A stretch of DNA of 36,023 nt from Minisyncoccota bacterium (GTDB lineage: Bacteria; Verrucomicrobiota; Lentisphaeria; Oligosphaerales; MVZH01). Numbering within the stretch: position 1 is the stretch's first letter; each line of letters opens with the position of its first letter. The stretch covers positions 1 to 36,023 of the forward strand of contig JAIPIM010000001.1 of the NCBI GenBank assembly GCA_021734725.1, in the 5' to 3' direction. The position numbers and the translations under genes were made by a program. The notes beneath the pieces are model-generated. The model was not told the DNA's origin. It ran no database searches and saw only the letters and a list, made by a program, of their open reading frames with translations. Below are positions 1 to 8,302 of the stretch, in pieces.

Positions 1-2
1 AG

Positions 3-1586
3 TTCGGAGGGCTTGTGCATGGCGGGCACCACAGTTTTGTTGCTTATCCCGGATCCACTATGTATATGCCATGGCTCGATTTTTCCGGACCAGAGGGGGG
101 GCTTGCGATGATCAACTACATGGGGCGGCCGTATACGGGCGGTGTCGCCGGGGTCAATCAGATGGGCTACGACAAAGGATCGCTGGAGTGCTATGGGTGG
201 GCGCATTATCCGCTTATAGGGAAGGCGGGGACGTGGACATCTCCGCCGGTCGGCGTCGGCATTCGTGAGGGGAGTTGGCACACTACCGCCGACCGTTACT
301 ACGACTGGTTCAGGTCCACCATCGGGATTGAGATTGAGCAGCCGGCTTCATTGCGGACAGGTATTGGGTTTCAAAATATCTATACCCGCGAATTCGGTGC
401 GGCCAGGATAAACGACTTTGAATCGATTCCCGAGCATGCCCGCGCCGGTGTGGACAACGTCGTACGTGACCTGTCGGTTTGGGATCATGCCTCCATGGGG
501 AACTATGTGCTGTATGAACCTGACGTGGATCTTCTGGACTACACTCCCGGGGATTGCGAGAAACTACGGCGGGCAATCGCGGAGGCCAGGGAACAAGGCG
601 CTGTTGTCTCGGCGCTGGTCAATTTTCGTCACATCAATGTGCGCCCCGAACTCTACGCGCGGTACAAGTCCGAAGCCGTTCTTTCCCTGGACGGTTCCGA
701 GCAGCGGGAGAACTGGTGTGGCACTCGCTCCTCCGCGGCGTTCTGGAGTCGGCACCTGGGGTTGAACTGCATCCTTCTCAGTCCCCGTTCGCCAGCCACC
801 CGGAAGCGGGTCGAGATGTTGCTCGAAAAATACCTGGAGCTGGGGTACACAGCGCTTTTCTACGATCAGCCGTTCCTTTATCAGCTCGACTACAACCACA
901 TGGGGGCTGAAAGCCGGCCCGATGACGCATCCTCCGCCTGGTACGATATCATTCAGGATGCACGCTCCAGATTACGCGAGGAAAACGCGGATGCGTATAC
1001 CATCGGCGAACAATGCGACATTTTCAGTGCCTCGCGTGCTATCGATCTGCACATGGAATGGAACTTCACCAACAACGGCATTGAGGATCTTGCGCGTGTC
1101 CACTATGCCTGTCCGCACGCTCTCCTCAGTTACGTGATTGACTACACGACGACGGGTGAAGCGCACGCAAGCCACGCGTTTGCCGCGGGATTATACTTGT
1201 GCCTGGCCATCGACGGTAATGAGTCCAACATCGGCGCGCGTCCTGCCTTGGCCGAACACGTCAGGCGATTGGCGGCGTTGCGCAAGAAATGTGCGGACCG
1301 GACAGTGTTCGGCCGCTTCCGCCATACCGAGGGCCTTATGTGCGACAACGATCCTGGGATTGTCGCGTACGCGTACGATTCGGACCATGGGCCAGCCGTT
1401 GTTCTGGCGGCGGGCGACGAAGGCGGCACTGCCCGCGTGCGTTTGGATGCTTCTTGTTTTCGATCTTCCGCGAGCGAAGGCGGGGGGTGCTTGTTTCTTT
1501 TGAACGGTGACGAAAAGGATGTCGGCCGGACGGATCGGCTTGACTGCGCGCTTTCCGCGGACCAGGTTGTTGTTTGGTATCTGTAA
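3..1586 (+). CDS. hypothetical protein, 5'-truncated at window edge (possibly a carbohydrate-active accessory enzyme)
   Basis: The frame is open from nt 3 with no upstream stop and ends at TAA 1584-1586. The first ATG is at 15 (523 aa in the ORF track). The sequence is rich in W, Y and D, and I recognise no catalytic signature. Coding is supported by length and by position at the head of a same-strand glycoside hydrolase gene. Confidence 0.6.
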   Translation, partial: FGGLVHGGHHSFVAYPGSTMYMPWLDFSGPEGGLAMINYMGRPYTGGVAGVNQMGYDKGSLECYGWAHYPLIGKAGTWTSPPVGVGIREGSWHTTADRYYDWFRSTIGIEIEQPASLRTGIGFQNIYTREFGAARINDFESIPEHARAGVDNVVRDLSVWDHASMGNYVLYEPDVDLLDYTPGDCEKLRRAIAEAREQGAVVSALVNFRHINVRPELYARYKSEAVLSLDGSEQRENWCGTRSSAAFWSRHLGLNCILLSPRSPATRKRVEMLLEKYLELGYTALFYDQPFLYQLDYNHMGAESRPDDASSAWYDIIQDARSRLREENADAYTIGEQCDIFSASRAIDLHMEWNFTNNGIEDLARVHYACPHALLSYVIDYTTTGEAHASHAFAAGLYLCLAIDGNESNIGARPALAEHVRRLAALRKKCADRTVFGRFRHTEGLMCDNDPGIVAYAYDSDHGPAVVLAAGDEGGTARVRLDASCFRSSASEGGGCLFLLNGDEKDVGRTDRLDCALSADQVVVWYL

Positions 1587-1632
1587 GGGCGTTCCTGTCC
1601 TTGCCTTGGGTATTTGATACGCGTCTGTAGGC

Positions 1633-1734
1633 GGTCGCCGGGTGGAACCGCCTCCCACGTTGTGGGGGTCGCCGGGTGGAACCGCCTCCCACGTTGCGGG
1701 GGTCGCCGGGTGGAGCCGCCTCCCACGTTGCGGT
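1633..1734. repeat. 3 x 34-bp head-to-tail tandem repeat (GGTCGCCGGGTGGAACCGCCTCCCACGTTGYGGG)
   Basis: Units start at 1633, 1667 and 1701 with 1-3 substitutions between copies. Unit 1 contains the small hairpin CCCAC-GTT-GTGGG. The repeat is intergenic, between the stop at 1586 and the start at 1894. Confidence 0.9.
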
Positions 1735-1893
1735 GCTCCGGACCGTACAGGCGCACGGATGAGTCAGGAGCCCCGTTTTACTTGTGCGGTGGCAACGCCC
1801 CGTAATATTATGTTTTTAAAAACCATCATCCCCTGGGGACTGGTATAAGCTCCAAGTTCTAAGTATGGGATGGCGTTGAAAAAGGGAGTGGAA

Positions 1894-4800
1894 ATGAAGG
1901 CTTTGTATGAACGGGACGTGCGACTTGAGACATGTCTCAATGGCGAGTGGGATTTCAAGAGCGAGGCTGACGATCGGTGGACAAAGGTACGCGTTCCGAG
2001 CGCTTATGCCGGTGTTTTGCAGAGTTGGGGGGCGAAGCAGTGGGACTGTTTCGATTATCCGGAGGACTGGGAAGGAAAGGCCGCGGTGTACAGGCGAACG
2101 TTTACGGTCCCGCCGGAGATGAAGGGGATGGATATTCGGTTTGCCTGCAATGCATGCGCGCATCATTCCACGATTGTGCTCAACGGCAAGCAAGTTGGGG
2201 AATGGCACGATGGATATACGCCGTTTGAGTTTTCCTTGAATGCCGCGGTGGTCGATGGCGAGAACACGCTTGAGGTGCGGGTCAGCGAGCAACCCAACGA
2301 TTTATTCGACGATTACGGCACGCATCGTCGCGGCATTTGGCAGGACACGTTTTTGAGGGCGCGCCCCCGGGTAGCCGTCGGGAACGATCTGTTTATCAAA
2401 ACCTCCGTTGCCGACGGCGAGATCGTGTGTGAGACACCGGTGGAGAATCGCCGTGACGAGACCGCATGTTTCAGGCTTGCCTGTGTTGTGACCGAGTGCG
2501 ACGGCAGGGAAGTCCAGCGATTCGAGGGGGACCGCGAGTATCGCCTGGAGGCTGGGAAAAGCGAGACTTATTCGGTCGGCGATTGCTGGACCGATCCGCA
2601 CCTTTGGTTTCCGCACGATCCCCATCTCTACACCATGCATGTTCTGTTGATTGACGAGGATGGTGAGGTGGTGGATAACAAACGTGTACGGTTTGGATTC
2701 CGCGAGATTTCGTGGGAGGGGCCCCACTTATTCATCAATGGGCGCGAGCTGTTTCTGCGTGGGCACGGTGGACATTACTTCGGTGACATTCAGGGATCCC
2801 GTGCTTACATGGAGACGTGGTTGCGGAAGATGCGGGCGCGCGGTATCAACTTTATGCGGCTCCACGACAGTCCGAAGCACCGCGAACTTTACGAAGTCGC
2901 GGACGAAGTGGGAATACTGCTCGAGTCCGAAGGCGTTTTTCATTTTCGCGTGCCCGAGAAAACCGAGATTTGGCAGGGGCATTTGGAGCGGCTGGTCAAG
3001 GCCCAGCGGAATCATCCCTCCATCATTGTGTGGAGTGTATCCAACGAACTTCGCTGGCGCGGTGGCGGGGAGAAACCGGAGATGATCGAGTGGGTGAAGC
3101 GATTTGACCGGACGCGTCCTGTCTTCGCTTCCGATTTCAGCTTGGAATCACGCCACGGCGATATTTGCGGGCATCATTACGACCCGGTTTCAGGTTTCGA
3201 GGATTGGGAAAAGTTCGGCCCGGACAAACCCATGATCTGGGACGAAATAGGCAGTGTCTGGCAGCACGACCGTCCGCTGGATAACGGGACGTCGGGGTAC
3301 GAGGCGCAGGCCCAGGATTATGCCACGGGTTTGTGGCACGACGGCCACGATCAGATTCTGAAAGACATTCGACTGCATCATGAAGGCAAGGTTTTTCAGG
3401 GAGAACTGCATCGTGTGGCCGGCTTTGTCCCCTGGGATTTGAGCTACGTCTTTTTCCGATGGCAGCCCACCAACAACAACCAGTTGCTTGAGTTGTCGCA
3501 TGACGATCTCGGCGGACCGGGGATCAAGCACAACCATGTGAGGCCCTGCGCGTCCCCCATCAATCCGTGGGATCCCACGCTGCCGGAATTCGAAGCGAAT
3601 CCCGGGTATTACCTGTTCGAGAAATATATGCGGCCGGTACGCTGTTTCGATGACCGTGATGAGCGCACGTTTTTCGCGGACTCAGAAGTGACGTTCACCG
3701 CGCGCATTTTCTACGATGACACGCGGCTTGCGGACGAACTGGCCTGCCGCGTGGAAACACTCGACGGTGAGCTGCTGACCGAAACTACGCAGAGTGTTCG
3801 TTTGGCTCCGGGATGTATCCAGAATGATGTGCCGTGTCAATTTCGGTTTCCGGAGGTTGATTGTGTGACTTCGGTCCGGCTGGTGCGTGAGTTTCGTTAT
3901 CAAGGCGCCAGCGGGTATCGCGAGGTACGCGCCGGGAAAATCTTTCCGCGTGTCAGTTTGCCCGGGATCAGGTGCGGGGTAGTGGGGGACCTTGACGCGG
4001 ATGCACTTGTGTCGGCCGGGATTCCCGTAAACCGAGTGGAGGGAGATATCGATGGTGTCGATATTCTGCTGGTGGACGAGACTGCGTTTGGGGAAAATCG
4101 CGTTCAATCCTATATCGAAGGTGGCGGTAAGGTGCTGTGCATTGCAGAGGCCGATATGTCCGCAGCGCCCAAGAGCCGCATCATCGATCGGTTCACCAGC
4201 AGCGAAGGCGTTTTGGAAACAGATCGTGGATTGGAGTCCGCGGACGGCTGCACGTGGTACGGCTGGGCACCGTCCGGAGACGTGCGTATCCTGCAATGCG
4301 AGCAATGGGGGCTTCAGCAGGACATTGGTCGCCTGTCATTCAGTGAGATCGCGGAACCGGGGGCCTATGCGTACGCATGCTTTGAAAGCCCCTTACTCCA
4401 GCTTGACGAAGGGGCTCTTTGCCTGAAATACGAAAGCGATGTGCGGAATTTGGAAGACTTGGCGCGTGTTGGCACGCGCCTGTTTGACAGGACTATTGGA
4501 ATTCTGCTCCGCGATGCTGACGACCGCTGGTTCCTGTGTTCCGAGGATAGCGGCTTCACGCTTGGCAAGAATGGAACGCCCAGGTATTCTCTGGCGGATT
4601 TGGAATGGCGGGAAGTTACGAACGTTCAAAACGGCAAGATTCAGGGGCGGATTGAGACGGGGACCGGCAGTCAACCGGACTTTTCCTGTGTACGCGGTGC
4701 CGGGATCTATCATTTCAGTGTACCGGAGAAGCCGTTGGACTTCTGGTTCTCCAAGGTAGAATGGACCGGTCGGGCCGCCCCCGGTGCATTGATTCCGTTC

Positions 4801-6531
4801 AACGGGCCCCGTCATCGGTTGCTTGCCGATATTGACCAGCAGGATTTGAGTTTCTGGCGCGGAGGCTCAACGACGAAGACACTGCATGCCCGGGAACAAT
4901 GTAATGTCCGTGTCGTATTAGCCGGCAACAAGGACGGCCACGGCAGTGCGTTGTACGAACAGATGAGTGGTGATGGAATAGCGGTTGTCACGTCGCTGAA
5001 ATTGACGGAACTCGACACCGAGCCCGCGGCGCATGGCATGATCAAGAATAGTCTCTCGTATCTACGCGATTACGAGGCAACGAAGCCTGCTCGGACGGTC
5101 GTGTTCACGGAGCCCGAGTTGCGTGCGCGTCTGGACGAATTGGGGCTGGTACGTCAGGACGCTCTGACCGGTGCGACAACCATCATTATCGACGGCGCTA
5201 ATGCCCGGTCCGCACGTGAGGCCGGTGTCAGCGATCTCGTTCGTGCCGGCGCCAGTCTCTTGGTTTGCAATACCGACGCTGACAGCATGGCGGACATCCG
5301 GGAGTTGACCGGACGAGACATGAGTCTCACGGAGCCGTTTCTGGGGGAGCGCCGTCACTGCGTCAAAGCCGCCGTGAGCTGGACCAAGGCCGATACACCG
5401 CCGGTCATGTGTGAATATTACGAGGGCATCATGACTCATCAGCCGTTTGAGCCCAACTACGATCCTCTTCTTGCGGGGTTGGTCAATCGCGACCTGGACT
5501 GGGATGGCGCGGAGATGTTCCGCGAGGGAATCGAGATACGCGGAATGGACCCGGTGCGCGCGTGCGCTGACTACAGCATACTGGTCAGCAACTGGCGGAT
5601 TGACTGGCGGAAGCCGAGTTGGGGGGGCGAGTACATCCATGCGGCCAAGGATCAAAAGCGCGCCCATTGGTTTGTGAACCGTGATCCGGTGGTGCTGAAG
5701 ATCCGGCATGGTGCCGGCCAGATCGTCTTCTGTCAGCTCGATCTGCTGAACGACAGTGAGCAAGCGCGACGTCTCACCACGCAATTGCTGACCAATATGG
5801 GGTGCGCGATCGGTCGGGATACACGCTTCGCGGCCGCCGCAAAGACTTTCGACCTGAATATTCGGGCCAACCAGATCGAGCGCTTTGAAGAGCACTATCG
5901 GTTTGTCTCTCCGGTGAGTCGCCAATACTACGGCACGCCGGAAGGGATGCGTGAAGCGGCGAAGACTGTGCGCAAACCTGAAGAGAAAACGCCCACGCTG
6001 CTCATCGGCGACGAGCTTACGGTTCGGTATTATCCGTATGCCGTCAATAAGATGTGGGAGGCACACGATGTTCAGGGAATCACCGGCTCGGCGGGTTCTA
6101 CTCGCGAGGGGGTGGGGAACGTGAAACAGCAAGCATCTTCCCGCTTCAACATTATTCAATTCAGCTTTGGATTGGAAGACCTGAAGCTGGGTTCGGACGG
6201 TAAGCCTGAGGTTGGGCTCGATGAGTTCACGGCGAATCTGCAAGAGATTGTGTCGCATCTCAAGACAACCGGCGCGAAGCTGTACTGGACAACCATTATT
6301 CCGATTCCGAAAGGGGACCCTGAGTATCGTGCCGGGGATGAGGTCGCCTACAATGCGGCCGCGCAGGAAATCATGGATGCGAACGGTGTGTACACAAACG
6401 ATCTCTATCGGTTTGTCATGCAGAAGATGCCGGATTTTGTTGAGCGCGACAAACTGGACTTTATGCCCGAGTTGCTGGGTCTAATCGGCAACCAGGTTGC
6501 GGAGGCGCTGATGTTCTTTGGCGCCCAGTAA
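1894..6531 (+). CDS. multidomain GH2-family glycoside hydrolase with an unassigned central region and a C-terminal SGNH/GDSL-like domain
   Basis: This is a 4.6-kb ORF. An AGGGAG Shine-Dalgarno sequence precedes ATG 1894, and there is an in-frame ATG at 1870. GH2 hallmarks are present: the sugar-binding motif IVLNGKQVGEWHDGYTPFEF, INFMRLH, the acid/base motif WSVSNEL and a candidate nucleophile in MIWDEIG. About 750 aa in the middle are unassigned. The last ~180 aa look SGNH-like. There is no signal peptide. Confidence 0.85.
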   Translation: MKALYERDVRLETCLNGEWDFKSEADDRWTKVRVPSAYAGVLQSWGAKQWDCFDYPEDWEGKAAVYRRTFTVPPEMKGMDIRFACNACAHHSTIVLNGKQVGEWHDGYTPFEFSLNAAVVDGENTLEVRVSEQPNDLFDDYGTHRRGIWQDTFLRARPRVAVGNDLFIKTSVADGEIVCETPVENRRDETACFRLACVVTECDGREVQRFEGDREYRLEAGKSETYSVGDCWTDPHLWFPHDPHLYTMHVLLIDEDGEVVDNKRVRFGFREISWEGPHLFINGRELFLRGHGGHYFGDIQGSRAYMETWLRKMRARGINFMRLHDSPKHRELYEVADEVGILLESEGVFHFRVPEKTEIWQGHLERLVKAQRNHPSIIVWSVSNELRWRGGGEKPEMIEWVKRFDRTRPVFASDFSLESRHGDICGHHYDPVSGFEDWEKFGPDKPMIWDEIGSVWQHDRPLDNGTSGYEAQAQDYATGLWHDGHDQILKDIRLHHEGKVFQGELHRVAGFVPWDLSYVFFRWQPTNNNQLLELSHDDLGGPGIKHNHVRPCASPINPWDPTLPEFEANPGYYLFEKYMRPVRCFDDRDERTFFADSEVTFTARIFYDDTRLADELACRVETLDGELLTETTQSVRLAPGCIQNDVPCQFRFPEVDCVTSVRLVREFRYQGASGYREVRAGKIFPRVSLPGIRCGVVGDLDADALVSAGIPVNRVEGDIDGVDILLVDETAFGENRVQSYIEGGGKVLCIAEADMSAAPKSRIIDRFTSSEGVLETDRGLESADGCTWYGWAPSGDVRILQCEQWGLQQDIGRLSFSEIAEPGAYAYACFESPLLQLDEGALCLKYESDVRNLEDLARVGTRLFDRTIGILLRDADDRWFLCSEDSGFTLGKNGTPRYSLADLEWREVTNVQNGKIQGRIETGTGSQPDFSCVRGAGIYHFSVPEKPLDFWFSKVEWTGRAAPGALIPFNGPRHRLLADIDQQDLSFWRGGSTTKTLHAREQCNVRVVLAGNKDGHGSALYEQMSGDGIAVVTSLKLTELDTEPAAHGMIKNSLSYLRDYEATKPARTVVFTEPELRARLDELGLVRQDALTGATTIIIDGANARSAREAGVSDLVRAGASLLVCNTDADSMADIRELTGRDMSLTEPFLGERRHCVKAAVSWTKADTPPVMCEYYEGIMTHQPFEPNYDPLLAGLVNRDLDWDGAEMFREGIEIRGMDPVRACADYSILVSNWRIDWRKPSWGGEYIHAAKDQKRAHWFVNRDPVVLKIRHGAGQIVFCQLDLLNDSEQARRLTTQLLTNMGCAIGRDTRFAAAAKTFDLNIRANQIERFEEHYRFVSPVSRQYYGTPEGMREAAKTVRKPEEKTPTLLIGDELTVRYYPYAVNKMWEAHDVQGITGSAGSTREGVGNVKQQASSRFNIIQFSFGLEDLKLGSDGKPEVGLDEFTANLQEIVSHLKTTGAKLYWTTIIPIPKGDPEYRAGDEVAYNAAAQEIMDANGVYTNDLYRFVMQKMPDFVERDKLDFMPELLGLIGNQVAEALMFFGAQ

Positions 6532-6587
6532 AGGATGGGTGACACCATGGGGCAGTGGAAAACAGGCTGTTCACTGAAATCTGTAAG

Positions 6588-6618
6588 ATGTTGAATGTTG
6601 GAATCTTGGAATGTTGGG
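6588..6618. repeat. 4 tandem copies of a 7-8 bp unit (ATGTTGA ATGTTGGA ATCTTGGA ATGTTGGG)
   Basis: Read directly from the sequence. It is intergenic, 57 nt after the stop at 6531 and 125 nt before the sulfatase start at 6743. Confidence 0.8.
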
Positions 6619-6742
6619 CTGCAAGGGCTTACGACCAGACAATCGATGCAGAAAAGTGAGAAGAGCCAGAAAAAAGTTGTAACCGCGGCCATCAGCTACC
6701 CCATGGGACAACCAATCGAACCCAATCAAAGGACATTGCACT

Positions 6743-8302
6743 ATGCCACGCAAGAAGAATGTGTTGCTGGTTATTTCGGATCAGCATAATGCAAGTTTAC
6801 TGGGGTGTGAGGCGCATCCGCAGGTGCGGACCCCGAACCTTGACCGGTTTGCCGCCGAAGGCGTTCGGTTTACAAATGCTTACACGCAGAACACCATCTG
6901 TACACCCAGTCGAGTGAGCATACTGAGCGGCCAGTATTGTCATAATCACGGTATCTACGGGCTTTCGGGGCCAGCCCCCCTGGGGTTGAACAACCTTTTC
7001 CGTCACTTCCGTCAAAACGGCTATCGGACTGCCGGTCTCGGCAAACTGCACCTTCCGAATTCTCCGAAGAACTGGGTCGCTGACGATCTCGACCGTTTTG
7101 GCGATACGTACGAGATGCCGGACGGTACCATCGGCGATTCGGACTTTTTCCGGTATCTCGAAAAGCTGGGGTTGCGCGAGAAGGAAGACAGCTGGCATAA
7201 CCCGTGGAACTATGGTGAATCAACCATTACTCTTGATGCGCGGCCCAGCGAGTTACCGTATGAACACACGCAGGAAGTTTGGTGTGCACGCGAGGCCATG
7301 AAGTTCATTGACGCCGCCCCCGACGATCCTTTCTTTATAAAAGTTTCCTTCCAGAAACCGCACCACCCTTTGCTGCCAAACGAGAAGTTCTGGAACCTGT
7401 ATCCCGACGATCTCGGGCTGCCCCCGACGTGTCATCTCGAGCCGGCGCATCGTCCAGCGACCTTCCGGAAACAGTGGCGGAATTACCATGAGACAAAATG
7501 GGATTACACGGATTTGGGTGACCGGTGGGAAGACGGTGCACGCCGTCAATGGCGCGGGACCCTTGCGTGCATAAGCCAGATCGACGATGTGTTTGGCCAG
7601 TTGCTGGATTTCCTGGAGCAGCGGGGCTTAGCCGATGACACGGTAGTCGTGTATGGCGCGGATCACGGGGCGTACCACGGGATCCACGGAATTGCCGAGA
7701 AAGCGCCGGGAATCAATTCCCAGGCTGTTTGTCGGGTCCCCATGATCTGGCGCGTCCCGGGGGTCACACGAACCGGTATGACCAACACTCAGCTGATAGA
7801 GAACACCGATATTGCGCCCACGTTGGTGTCGCTCTGCGGTTTGCCGCCTATGGATTCCGTTGACGGGCTGGACGCTTCTGAGCTTCTGTCGTCGGATCGT
7901 GTGCCGCTACATGAGGTGGCCGTTACGGAAAACCCGTTCAATAAGGCCCTGCGGTGGGGGAAGTGGCGGTTTGTACACCAGCAAAGCGATGTTTCTCCGG
8001 AAGACGACGATGTGGGGGAGCTTTACGATATGGAGAACGATCCACTGGAGACCCGCAACCTGTATGGCGATCCCGCGTATCGGGACGTTGTCACTGCGTG
8101 CCGGCGGCTGTTGCTTGAGTGGCTGATCCGTACGACGCGCGTAACAACTACGCATCCGGCCGTCAAAATAAGGGATGACAGTCAGCAGGATTACCGTTGT
8201 GGCGGGACGATACGGTCGACGTATCCCGTGGCCGGTGACGGCAGGGCGCCTAACGACATTCAGCCACGCTTCCGCGAGGATCTCGCGGAAAATTATATTT
8301 GA
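6743..8302 (+). CDS. Cys-type sulfatase (S1 family), no signal peptide
   Basis: Sulfatase motifs are present: VLLVISDQHN, the formylglycine signature C53-T-P-S-R-VSILSG (nt 6899-6913), GKLH and YGADHG. An AAGGA Shine-Dalgarno sequence lies about 11 nt upstream. The protein begins directly at the conserved first beta-strand. Confidence 0.92.
   Translation: MPRKKNVLLVISDQHNASLLGCEAHPQVRTPNLDRFAAEGVRFTNAYTQNTICTPSRVSILSGQYCHNHGIYGLSGPAPLGLNNLFRHFRQNGYRTAGLGKLHLPNSPKNWVADDLDRFGDTYEMPDGTIGDSDFFRYLEKLGLREKEDSWHNPWNYGESTITLDARPSELPYEHTQEVWCAREAMKFIDAAPDDPFFIKVSFQKPHHPLLPNEKFWNLYPDDLGLPPTCHLEPAHRPATFRKQWRNYHETKWDYTDLGDRWEDGARRQWRGTLACISQIDDVFGQLLDFLEQRGLADDTVVVYGADHGAYHGIHGIAEKAPGINSQAVCRVPMIWRVPGVTRTGMTNTQLIENTDIAPTLVSLCGLPPMDSVDGLDASELLSSDRVPLHEVAVTENPFNKALRWGKWRFVHQQSDVSPEDDDVGELYDMENDPLETRNLYGDPAYRDVVTACRRLLLEWLIRTTRVTTTHPAVKIRDDSQQDYRCGGTIRSTYPVAGDGRAPNDIQPRFREDLAENYI

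Noticed and set aside
1633-1734. Possible mini-CRISPR array
   Set aside because: The repeats are directly adjacent with no spacers. There are only three copies, and no cas genes are in the window.
1142-1756. Minus-strand ORFs spanning the 34-bp repeat, which encode reiterated GGGSTRRPPQRGRRFHPAT peptides
   Set aside because: The peptide repetition is only the translation of the DNA tandem repeat. The ORFs overlap the 3' end of the plus-strand gene and have no start-site support.
8250-8302. The 53-nt convergent overlap of the sulfatase genes as evidence of a frameshift, a pseudogene or an assembly error
   Set aside because: Both ORFs are full-length with all sulfatase motifs intact. The overlap involves only non-conserved C-terminal tails, so an error is not needed to explain it.
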